The notes under the pieces: generated by a model | What the model saw: only the letters and a program-made list of their open reading frames with translations | Databases searched by the model: none | What the model was told of the DNA's origin: nothing | Assembly: GCF_006345805.1 (NCBI RefSeq) | Contig: NW_021832227.1 | Coordinates: 124,001-188,000 of the forward strand | Length of the DNA: 64,000 bases | Direction: 5' to 3' | Origin: Octopus sinensis | Taxonomy: Eukaryota | Made by a program: the position numbers and the translations under genes | In this document: positions 53,029 to 64,000 of the stretch, piece after piece | How positions within the stretch are numbered: position 1 is the first letter of the stretch | How the letters are laid out: each line of letters begins with the position of its first letter

Positions 53029-54322
53029 AAAATCATTCTTAATCTTGAAAAAATCAAGTTAATCTGACATTGACTAGTTGACATTGATTGGTCGCGGCTT
53101 GCACTGCGCCTTCAACATATTATCATGTCAAAGAATTGGCGATAATTTTTTTTAATTTGAACATTTGCGGAAGGACAGTAAACGTTATTTTAAAGAGTTG
53201 CAAGTCAATTTTGGAACAATTCAAGTCAAAAAGTTAAAGTTCCCGCAACAGGACTTCATTCGGAAAATGCAAAAACTCCAAAAATACAGTATCTGTGATT
53301 TTATACTTAAATATGCCTGGAAATCATAAATTAAAGCCTTTATTGACCACAAAATTAGTAAATCTGAGCATACTTCAAGAAATATTATCAAGGACGGATA
53401 TTTACGATCCGATTGAAATCGAATTATATCAATCAATACAAAAGAAAAAGTCTATTTTTAATTGGGTTACTTGAATACTTTTGATAGAGGTATGATTCTA
53501 AAACAGAACATTGAGTTAATTTTTAGTTCATATTTAAAACAGGAAAATGAATAAAAAATACTGATTAAACTTTCTTTCCAAAAAAGATATTTTTGAGATT
53601 TTGGTTGAAAATTTAAGGACCAAAAAACAGATTTTGGTTAAAATATAAAGGTTAAATCAAATTCAAGGTCACAATATTTTTCAAAGTTGATTAACTGTTC
53701 AATCGTTAATAATAGAAAACAAATCATTCCAGAAATCGTTCAAAAGTTAAATCTTCTCATCTGCATCTTAATATCGTTTGATTTATTTTTTTTCAACAAT
53801 ACATGTTAATTTATGGACAGTTAGAAAAGGGAGAAAGATTTTTGAAGACTACGCAGTTTAGGGGGCCCTCCCAGCCTTACGGATTGCGAATCGCTAATAA
53901 TTGTTTTAAAAGAATCAATTTTTTTATCAAAGAAAAAAAGATAGTAGAAAACCGCAGGCACAATTTTATTTTAATTCGCACATTAATGTTCAAGCCTTGT
54001 TTTGAAATTTACTTAATTCGAGTAAAAACAAACATTGTAATAGTTTAGTATTCGACTCTCATTGACTGTCGTGTTAGAAGCTCCGATCCGGTTTGACGAG
54101 TTACTAGAAATCTCATCACATACGGATTCAAAATATGAATAGATTTCTGATAGGATATATCATGAACTTCCTAGTATTTATCAGCCGAACAAAATAAAAA
54201 GGAAACTTAAGAGACATGAGAAACTTATTAATGTCTCAATTTGGAATTAATCAGAATAATTACTTGTTCTCTCTCATACTCCTGAAAAATTGTCAAATTA
54301 GTTTTGTCCAGTTAGTCTAAGG

Positions 54323-54400
54323 CAGGGTTCCCCAAACTTGTCCTTTCGCGATATCCCTAAAAATGTTAACTTTATCCTCGGCACGCCTAAATAATATTTT
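54323..54400 (+). mobile_element. Isolated hAT-like TIR end
   Basis: CAGGGTTCCCCAAACTT preceded by GTCTAAGG (central TA); partner end not found. Confidence 0.4.
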
Positions 54401-54784
54401 AAATAAATATTTGTTAAAAAACTAAAAAGAACTCTTTTTAAAAAATTAGAGAGAATATCATTATTCATTTTTTGTCAAGAAAATATTTTTCAATTCACTT
54501 TTAATTTTTTTTTTTTGCTAATTCACTTTTAATTGATCATAAAGTTCATAAATAAATTCCATAAATTTTAATTCAAAAACTTTAATTAAATAATAAAATA
54601 ATTTTTCGAAAAAGTAAACAATTGAAATCCTCTCAGATATGATAGCCTAAGTAAAAAAATTTTGAAAATCTTCAGAATTAGTCCTGAAAATTATTATGAT
54701 TTATTTTTTAATTTAAAATATAAATTAAATTTTTTATAAATAAATATTTAAAATTAACATTCTCAGTCTTGGTTGTGTGTAGAA

Positions 54785-55621
54785 ATGGACTACATGCATG
54801 CTTCTAAAGATGTTGACCCTTCAATGGCAGCACGTGCTGTATGGGTTATGAAGGTCCCCAAATCTCTCTCTCGACTGTGGCGGGAAACCAAAACATCTGA
54901 TGATATTGTCGGAAAAATGACAATAAATAAAACAATGTAACTATATACGATGATCCCAAGGAATCAAGAAAAAACATCAAAAGTTGGATTTATTTCAAGT
55001 CTTCCACTCAAAAGACAAGCCACTCCTCTAAATAAACAAAAAAATTATAAAATTAATATAATCAAAGTCGAGGACCAACAAACCCAACTCATAATCTCCC
55101 AACAACCAAAGCCCGCCAATGAAACAGCTATTTTGGGGGACGAAATCTTATCGATTGAAGGACACGTGATTCAACGTGGTGATTTTATGGCGGACATTGC
55201 CACAGCTTCCTTAGATTTGTCAAAGTTAGTCCCAACTCGATATTTAGGTACACTACACATTTTAAGCCACAAAAACAGAGCATTCAACTGGAGGGAATTG
55301 TGCGAGATAAAAAAATTATTCCACGGGAAGATGTAAGTTTTGGGGTTAATTTTTGAATAGAAAAATTCTCAGAATATGAGAGGAAGAAAGGACATGAAAG
55401 TGCGGCAGGAAAAGAGTGTGGTCTTGGAAAAGGTCTTTGCTGCCTTTGAAAGTCACCAATACTACACGACCTATTACTTGTCTAATGTGACGGACCAGCC
55501 AATGGGGTATTTGAAAGAGATTTTACAGGAATGTTGTATTTTTAATACTCGCCCTCCACATAAATCAATGTGGGAGTTGAAGCCTGAGTTTAGACATTAT
55601 GGTAGTAAAACTGATGAGTAA
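54785..55621 (+). CDS. GTF2F2: TFIIF beta subunit (RAP30)
   Basis: VWVMKVPKSLSRLW; winged-helix AFESHQYY..TDQPMGYLKEIL..PHKSMWELKPEFRHY. Confidence 0.93.
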
Positions 55622-55850
55622 TTTTTAAATATTTTGTTGTTTTTTTATAGTTGGTAGTATATTTTATAAACTATTCGGATGTTAGAATTTGTTTTTAGAG
55701 AGCTCGGGGTATTGCCCAAATTGTGTCTATATTTTGTAGGATGTAAAAAATGATAGTTTAATTAGTATTTTGTAGTTGTGATTTCTGAATAATTTTTATT
55801 AAAAATGCATTGTTTGGTAAAATTGAAGTGAATATTTTGTTAAAACCAAT

Positions 55851-56898
55851 TCAACATTCGTTTTTTAATTTAAAAAATATATCTTTCACTTTCGATGGGG
55901 TGTCACTCAGGTGAATAGAAATCAAGTTTTTGGCATCACATAAATAATCGTATTGTTGGTGAATTGAGAATCCTTTGACGCCTATCTTCATTATTCCAGC
56001 CAACTCACCACAAATTCCTAATAATGTCATTAAACGAATTTTAACCGGTTATAGCGACATCTTCAAGATGAATTAATTTTTTGTTTTGACAAACATTTAC
56101 AATAGCAGTAACCGCATCTTTAGACAAGACATAACATGTCCCAGAACAATATGGAGGATAATAATTTAAAGGATACTCTTCATATGAAATGTCCCTTATA
56201 ATTTGATTTCTGATAATATAAACCATTTTGAGTTTTCTCTAATAGGAGTAGCCTCTTGATACAAATGGCACATTGTAAATCGACTATTTATCTTGTGGAA
56301 ATCAGGACCTAAAAGAAATATTTTCCGTCTTAATTCCTCGATATTAAAAACAATGTCATCGTTAACTTTTACAAAATATTCAAAATTTGGAAAATCACGT
56401 ATTGCCCATCTAATAAATGACGCTTAAAATGAACTTTAATGTTTCCATTATTTTTATGGACAAATTAAAGTAAGATTCGACAAAGTCTGCAAAAATCAGA
56501 TCATTGTGCACGTCTGATTCTTTTCTCAATGACATATTAATCGGTTTTTCATTTGTACCCATAAAAAATAGCATTTTTGCGTTTGATCGTTTCATTATCT
56601 CTTTATTTTTCCATGATTCTCTTATTGCTTGCCTTCTTGCTACATTTTTGGGATCTTTTACAAAACGTTAGCTTTGCTAAATTACCAGATATAATAACGA
56701 CGAGAATTGATGTATTATTTTTGTTTCTCATATTTTCCAAATCTTTATAGCTAATTCTTTTAGTTTCGTATTTTCTACAATCTAAGCCAGAAACTTCATT
56801 TTTCAACAATAGATACGTGGAAATGATTAACTACATTTTCAACAAATAAATACAGTTCCAATTATTATAATCCGCTGATATTTTCTCATTCGAATCAT
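55851..56898 (-). CDS. GT31 beta-1,3-glycosyltransferase, copy 1
   Basis: RRQAIRESW, DFVESYFNLSIK, FVKVNDD, YPPYCSGTCYV, EDVAITG; N-terminal TM. Confidence 0.9.
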
Positions 56899-57155
56899 TA
56901 AATCGTTTATTAGCGGTTAAACCAAATTTATTAGCCGGAAATTTTTTGCGGTTCATTAAATATTATGTTGTGTTTTTTTATAGTTGGCGGTATATTATAA
57001 ACTATTTGAATATTATAATTTGTTTTTAAAAGAGCTGGGGTTATTGCCCAAATTGTGTCAATATTTCATAGGATGTAAAAAAATAAAGTCGTGCTATTTT
57101 ATTTAGTATTTTGTAGTTGTGATTTCTGAATAAATTTTATTACAAATGTATTGTT

Positions 57156-59288
57156 CGGCTCCTCGTCTCCATAACTGCTCTGACAAACATGATCATCCAG
57201 GCACAAATCCCCGAGTACGCTCGGGACCTCCTATTTTCTGCAAACATCACCGCATTGAGGAAGAAGGAAGGCGGGATCCGCCCTATTGCTGTTGGTACAT
57301 TTTTTCGCCGTCTTGCTTCCAAAGTAGTCTGTAGACAAGTTACCAAGTCTTTGGGTCAGGAACTACGCCCGTTTCAGTTGGGCGTCGGTGTCCGCGGCGG
57401 CTGTGAAGCTGCTGTCCATGCTGCAAGAAAGTTTATTTCCGCCTCGACCGAAAGGCCGGATAACGCCTCTGTACTCGTGAAGCTAGACTTGACAAATGCC
57501 TTCAACAGTCTTTGTCGGGACTGTATTCTCGAAACTTGCTACCGCCGTGCTCCCTCAATTGCCCGCTTGGTATCTATGGCTTACTCCAAGCCAAGCCTTC
57601 TTATTGCCGATGACCAAATCCTACATTCCAGCAACGATGTTCAACAGGGCGACCCACTTGGCCCGTTGCTTTTTGCCCTGACGATCGATCCTGTGTTCGG
57701 AACATCTCATCTCGTTTCAATGTATGGTACCTGGACGACGCTACTATCGGAGGTCCGGTAGCTTCTGTCCTTAAAGATTTGGAAAATCTGATCCCCTCCC
57801 TTAATTCTCTTGGCCTATCCATCAATCCGCTCAAATCCGAAATTGCCAATATTGGCTTTGCCCCAGAAGATTTTACCTCTGTATTTAATACGTTCTCGAA
57901 TGTCCTTCCAAATATCCGCAGGACCTTGATCGAAAATTTGAAAATCTTAGGGTCCCCTATATCTAATCTGGGTGTTGAATCATCCCTATATGCTAAAACA
58001 TCCTCGCTGGTGGCAATTTCTAACAAACTAGCAAAAATCGATTCCCATTCCGGCCTGTTTTTCCTTTGCAATTGTTTTGCAATTCCAAAGCTTCTATTTA
58101 TCCTCAGAAGTGCCCCATGTTTCTTTAACCTGAGGGCTCTCGAATCATTTGATTTTTCGCTTAAATCCAGCTTGGAGTCCATTTGCAATATTACCCTCGA
58201 TGAGATCGGTTGGCAACAGGCCACACTTCCTATAAGCCATGGCGGTATTGGTATCCCATCATCTGTCGACCTTTCTATCCCGGCGTACTTATCTTCAGTT
58301 AATGCGACCAACGATCTGGTCCAGGAGATTCTCCAATCCGTAACCGAATCATCTATGGACACAGAGTCGGTCGCCGCAGAAAGTTGCTGGCAAGGGATGT
58401 CTCTGGAAATCCCGGAGAATACACACGCTCAAGGCCAATGGGACCGGATCCTCTGCGACCACAAGATAAACAGCCTCAAGCCGAAACTCAATCAACATCG
58501 CTTGGCTTGCTTATTGGCCGCCTCGCAACCATATTCTGGTGCATGGCTCACAGCAATCCCTATGGCGTCAATCGGCACCTTAATGGACAACGACTGTGTA
58601 AGGATTTCCGTCTCTCTCCGCCTCGGACTTCTCATTTGCAGAACACACCAGTGCCGCTGCGGTTTAAGAGTGGACTCATTTGGCCATCATCCCCTCTCTT
58701 GCTCACGTAGTGCCGGACGTTTCCCACGACACGCCGCCATCAACGACACCGTGAGCCGTGCCCTAACGACGGCGGGGTTTCCTAATGAGCTCGAACCAGT
58801 CGGGCTCGACAGAGGCGACGGTAAGCGCCCGGATGGCATGTCAATCTTCCCGTTTGAAAAGGGGAAATGCCTTATCTGGGACGCCACCTGCTCCGACACT
58901 TTCTCCGCCAAGAATCTAACTGTCTCCGCTGCGGAACCGGGCTCAGTTGCAAAGCAGGCGGAACTAACAAAACAGAAGAAGTACCGGGTCCTGACAAAGA
59001 ATCACCAATTCACTGCAGTCGCGGTGGAAACCTCTGGAGTCATCGGCCCGCAGACGCTATCGTTTCTCCGCCGCCTTGGATCTAAGCTCGTGGTTGCCAC
59101 AAAAGATCCCAACGAGTCGATCAGACTCTTTCAAAGGATCTCATTGGCCATCATGCGCGGGAATTGCCAGTCGATCCGCTGCGCATTTTAACTCTTTTCC
59201 GTTGAACTGGTCAAAGCTAAAAAAATTGCATATGGAAAAAAAAAATTTTAAATTAATATATAATAGAATTAAATCATAATTAATAAAA
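57156..59288 (+). mobile_element. CRE-like non-LTR retrotransposon with RT and RLE; 5'-truncated, single frameshift near 57690
   Basis: GIRPIAVG, QLGVG..GCEAAVH, DLTNAFNS, QQGDPLGPLLF, WYLDD, CRCG..H..C, RPDG, WDAT, KY, VETSG; TSD AAATGTATTGTT (57144, 59289); empty site visible in the paralog at about 55803. Confidence 0.95.
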
Positions 59289-59339
59289 AAATGTATTGTT
59301 TGGTAAAATTGAAGTGAATAATATTTTGTTACAATCAAT

Positions 59340-60387
59340 TTAGCATTCGTTTTTTAATTTAAAATATATATCTTTCACGTTCGACGGGGTGTTACTCAGG
59401 TGAATAGAAATCAAGTTTTTGGCATCACATAAATAATCGTATCGTTGATGGATTGAGAATCCTTCAACGTGTAGTTTCATCACTCCTGCCTTCTCACCAC
59501 AAATTCCTAAAAATATTATTAACCGAACCTCAACCAGTCACAGCCACATCTTCAAGATGAATTAATTTTTCATTTTGACACACATTTACAATCGCTGTTA
59601 CCGCATCTTTAGACAAGACATAACATGTTCCCGAACAAAATGGAGGATAATAATTTAAAGGATACTCTTCATATGAAATGTCCCTTATAATTTGACTTCT
59701 GATAATATAAACCATTTTGAGTTCTCTCTAAAAGGAACATTGTTTGAGAGCAAATGACACATCGTAAATCGACTATTTTTCTTATGAGAATCAGGACCTA
59801 AGAGAGATATTTTTGAACTTAATTCCCCAATATTAAAAATAATATCATCATCAACTTTTACAAAATATTCAAAATTTGGAAAGTCACGTATTGCCCACCT
59901 AATAAATGACGCCTAAAATAAACTTTAATGCTTCCATCGTTTTTATAGACAAATTAAAGTAGGATTCAACAAAATCTGCAAAAACTAGATCATTGTGCTC
60001 ATCTGATTCTTTTCTCAAAGAAATAGTAATTGGTTTTTCATTTGTACCTATAAAAAATAGCATTTTTGCGTTTGAGCGTTCCATTATCTCTCTATTTCCC
60101 CAAGATTCTCTTATTGCTTGCCTTCTTGCTACATTTTTTGGATCTTTTATAAAAAGTTAGCTTTGTCAGATTACCGGATATAGTGACCACAAGAATTGAT
60201 GTTTTATTTTTGTTTCTCATATTTTCAAAATCTTTATAGCTAATTTTTTTAGTTTCGTATTTTCTACTATCTAAGCCAGAAACTTCCGTTTTCAACAATA
60301 GATACGTGGAAATGATTAACTACATTTTCAGTAAATAAATACCGTTCCAATTATTATAATCCACTGATATTTTATCTTTCGAATCAT
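59340..60387 (-). CDS. GT31 beta-1,3-glycosyltransferase, copy 2
   Basis: Same exon structure as copy 1; FVKVDDD, YPPFCSG, EDVAVTG. Confidence 0.9.
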
Positions 60388-60590
60388 TAAATCGTTTATT
60401 AGCGGTTAGAACATATTTATTAACCAAAAATTTTTTGCGGTTCACAAAAATCGCGAAATCGCGTATATATTATTAAATACTAGTTTTTTAAAAATTTTAG
60501 TAGCGATTCTAAAAGTAGACTGTTATTTTTCCAATGAATCAATAAAATCTATTCTATGTTTCTCTACTGACTAAATGTAGTCCTTTTTTT

Positions 60591-60670
60591 AAGAGTCATT
60601 AAGTCGATTTATTACTAACAAAGAGTCGATTTATTAAGAGTTGATTTATTAGTCGATTTATTAAGAGAGT
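60591..60670. repeat. Irregular short tandem array of (AAG)AGTCGATTTATT
   Basis: About 4-5 imperfect copies abutting a CRE fragment. Confidence 0.8.
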
Positions 60671-60765
60671 TTTCTTGGCTCCTGGAACGTCTGTCGATTG
60701 CTGTGATCCGAGGGAACGGCTTCGCCATTCGCGAGGCTGGTCGGGTGTCTCGTGAGGCCTTTAAT
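60670..60765 (+). mobile_element. Very short CRE-like 3' fragment
   Basis: SWLLERLSIAVIRGNGFAIREAG. Confidence 0.75.
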
Positions 60766-60865
60766 TAACTTAGCTATCTTTAATTTCTTTCTTGCTTTCA
60801 TAACAAAGCTACATTGACTAACAAAATATGAAAAAGTTAACTCGAGTTTATAAAGAGCCTGGAGG

Positions 60866-61100
60866 TCAGCTCAACGACGTATCGAGTGGCAGTTTCCGCG
60901 GAGCACCGCGACCGAGATTGGCTGGAAGAGCCAGCTCGTCTCCCTCCGGTCGTTGGTCTTCCTGGCAGTCATTCTGGCAATGTCGGTAAGAAGGCGAGTC
61001 GCAGACCTGCCGACGATTCCGGATGTTTCGAAGGCGAGGGGGACAAACTCGTAATAGTCCGAAATACTTCCATACTTCGTCCAAAATGCAGTCCTTATTT
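60866..61100 (-). mobile_element. CRE-like 3' fragment
   Basis: KY..FVPLAFETSG..ETSWLFQPISVAVLRGN. Confidence 0.85.
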
Positions 61101-61184
61101 GAAAAATTAACAAAAAACAAAATATAAATGCAACAATTAAAAAATAGAATGTCTATAAAAATAAATTCACTCGCCAATAGTCAC

Positions 61185-61880
61185 CACTTGCCCTCAGTGA
61201 ATTTTAAAAAGTCTAATGTTACATCAATGTATTCCTAGACTAATTTAAAAAGAGAAACCCTTTTTTAAATACTTGAAAGATTCTTCCAAAAACGTGAACA
61301 CTTCTTTAAAGAAAGAAAAGGTGAAATTGGCAGATTGACATAATAAAAGAGAGTCAACCCATACATTTCCAACACATCAACAAAACCAAACATCTCTAAA
61401 GACAACATTTCAGTCAAAATTTGATGCCGAACTTTTCTTTGATCTCCATTCAAAATACTACGCCTGACTGGTATTCAATAAAAAAAGCGTAAAAACAAAC
61501 CGAGGTGAAAATTCCCAGCAGAAATCATCTCCGACTCCCATTTCCGAACCAAAGAAGAGGAATTGAGTGAATACTGAGAGACAACTCGGTAGTAACCAGT
61601 TTTTTGAGAAGGACTGAGATCTTTGAACATATTCATTGCTGACTTGAAACAAGTCTGAACTCAAAATGGCTAAAAATACATCTGGTTTGTATGAAAGCAA
61701 ATCCTGGGAAAATATTTTTACAGAATTGGGAAAATCGTTTGGAATTTTGTGCTCTTTTTGGAGATTTCTGATGATTTTTTTGCAGTTTTTCTCAATGATT
61801 TGTTTGGGTCTGAACAAGACTGGTTTACTTTTGATTAAAATGTGATTTTGAGTTAAATTATTAAAATAACTATTCGTATA
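61185..61880 (-). CDS. Hypothetical protein (unidentified)
   Basis: Two long adjacent same-strand ORFs (61458-61817, 61265-61453) that could be joined by a micro-intron; no family recognised. Confidence 0.45.
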
Positions 61881-62311
61881 TTGCTATAAATATTCATTAT
61901 TTTTGGACCAATTTTGCTGAATCGACAAGTTGGCAGGTCTGAGTAAAAGATACAAAATCTGGCGGAGATGATATTTTAGGGACTAAAAATTAAAAAATAA
62001 ATTGACATTTAATTTCTCCAAACATTTTTCGAAGGCAATATTGGTAATATTTATCATATATATGTTTTTCAGCTGTATCGAGTTTCCATCTTTTACCTGA
62101 TCTAAATATGAATGTTGAAAAATTAGAAATCCCGGTTAATCTTAATTAAAGTTAATTTCAAAATGAGCAAACTACAATAACATGAATCATCTTCCAAATT
62201 TTAAATTATTTTTTAAACAATTAAATTAAAATATAATTAAATAATTAAAACTCACAGAAATTATATTCCAATTACATTTCCTGCTATTACTAAGTAATTA
62301 GTAAATTTCTT

Positions 62312-63240
62312 TTTTTTACAATTTTTAACAAGTTCGAGTGTTAATTAAGTGAATTTATGATGTTAATTCTTTAATTGAGAGGACGCGCCAATAGATAGGC
62401 AGTTTTCGCGCAATATCGCAAGCGAAATGCGCTGAAAAAGCCAGCTAGACTCACTTCTCTTGTGACTTTTCTTCGAGATCATCAAACCGATTTCTAAAAG
62501 GAACCCCAGGGCTTTCGGGCCGATTATCCCACTCGTCTCGAAAGCCAGGGGGACGAAAAGGCAGGTGTTCTCCAATGAGGCGTACTTTGCGATTTTTTTC
62601 GTTTCGGCATGTGCGGAAGCTGAGCCAGGGCGGGACGCGGAGTCGATGAGAGATGACGAGGAAAACGAGTCGACACAGGTCACGTCCCAAACGAGAGCGA
62701 GTCCCCCCTTGAACGGGAATAGCGGGGACCCATCGGGACGTTTTCCGTCACCACGGTCTAACCCAACCGGCTCCAGGACCAAAGGAAATCCTGCGGCGTT
62801 GAGCGCGCGCTTAACAATATCGTTTAAGGTGGCATGTCTGGGTATACGGCCGGCACTGAGGCGACAAGAGAGGGGGTGTAGCCCTCTCCTGTCAATGGCT
62901 TTAGGCAGATATCTTCGAGTGTATAAGAACAATGTATCTCATCCCAGTTCTTTTGAACTGAGGGGACGTCCGGGATTTCAAGCCCACGAGAAATCCACAT
63001 GTTGACACCTGCCGCATATTCCGACAACTCGGGCTGTTCAGAGAAGGGGTAGAGAACAGAGTTGACAAAACTAGCGGAAGCAGACAACGAGGAAAGGTAA
63101 CATGGGAAGAATAAATCTCCACAAGAACGAATGCCGATGCCCCCGTAACGAATAGGTAAATTAACCCGTCGCATGTCTGAAGGTTTGAATTTGATATTTA
63201 CGAGGAGCTCAAGAGTTTTGGAGACCATGTTGTCGAGACG
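62312..63240 (-). mobile_element. CRE-like RLE retrotransposon, 5'-truncated with an internal deletion
   Basis: [37 protein letters not shown]; TSD GTAAATTTCTT (62301, 63241); T-run tail. Confidence 0.92.
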
Positions 63241-63376
63241 GTAAATTTCTTAGATTTAATAAAGAAAAAATCTAATAATTATTTAAATTAAACGTATTTA
63301 TTCGTTTAATTAAATTCTATTCTAAAATAAAAATTTTTTATTTCATCATCATATTACACGTGCATTTAATCCACCA

Positions 63377-64000
63377 ATGAACGGTTCTACTATTTTTTCG
63401 CGTTTGTCAAAAGATGTATTTCCTCAAAGTTATCAACTCTCATTAAAAATTGACACTGAAAAAGATGTTTTTACAGGCAATGTCACGATCGCAGTGACGG
63501 TAAATATTTAAATATAAACAATTTTGACAGATTATTGCTTTAGACACTCCACAAATAATGCTCCACTCAAATTGCCTTGATATTCAACAAGTTTTAGTAA
63601 ATCAAGGTAATTAGAAAAATCCAATTTCAGATAATGAAATTGACGTTTCGGTCAAATTTTCTGTTAATGAAGAATCTCAGATACTTACAATAAATTGCCC
63701 ACAACTAGTAAAATATATTCAATATAATAGAAAATTGGACGTGCTCAAATCAAAATTAAATACAACGGGCAAGTAAATAAGCAATTATTTGGGTTGTACC
63801 GAACTACGTACAAGTACGAAGGAAGAACAATTCGAGGTGTGGCTACCGATTTTGAGGCAAGTTGAGGATTGACAGTTCATTAGACCACAAATGCTAGAAT
63901 GGCTCTCCCATGTTTTGATGAGCCAGAATTCAAAGCAGTTTTTACTCTGTCAATTATAACTCGAAAAAACCAGACTGTTCTCTCAAATACGGTTTTTTAA
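63377..64000 (+). CDS. Second M1 aminopeptidase (5' part, runs off the window)
   Basis: [36 protein letters not shown]; introns at the same positions as in 7000-10114. Confidence 0.9.

Larger units (their letters stand above)
55627..60444. repeat. Tandem duplication of a unit of about 1.33 kb (55627-56956 and 56957-60444; the second copy carries a CRE insertion)
   Basis: Both units start TAAATATT.TGTTG..TTTTTATAGTTGG and end AATTTTTTGCGGTTCA. Confidence 0.9.

Noticed and set aside
60591-60670. CRISPR-like array
   Set aside because: Units are only 12-15 nt, there are no unique spacers or cas genes, and the context is eukaryotic.

Overview
Eukaryotic, very AT-rich, gene-dense DNA from a compact animal genome. 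The gene set is metazoan (JNK, receptor PTP, PDZ scaffold, SLC7/SLC3, EMSY-like). Nearly every gene is split by GT-AG micro-introns of about 23-34 nt with degenerate donor sites, which is why the ORF track is so fragmented. This resembles reduced parasitic animals such as dicyemids or myxozoans; the organism cannot be fixed from this window. Manual splicing recovers about 17 host genes: two M1 aminopeptidases, a receptor PTP, POLR3H, a 3-PDZ NHERF-like protein, a JNK-like kinase, CHMP1, an adjacent SLC7+SLC3 pair, CDIPT, C9orf78/TLS1, a Rab28-like GTPase, an EMSY-like ENT protein, ferrochelatase, GTF2F2, a tandem GT31 pair and some unidentified genes. The intergenic DNA carries many transposons: Buster-type hATs (one near-complete, one internally deleted), Merlin, a Tc1 MITE, TGT..ACA Ginger-like elements, about 9 GC-rich CRE-like RLE retrotransposon copies, R4-like and APE-type LINE remnants and a candidate SINE. 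The most notable observations are apparently length-defined micro-intron splicing, the same micro-introns inside three DNA transposases, both subunits of a heteromeric amino-acid transporter encoded tail-to-tail, and a dispersed CRE radiation with A-leading target duplications and stuttered 5' junctions. All gene models and coordinates were derived by eye and no database searches were run.
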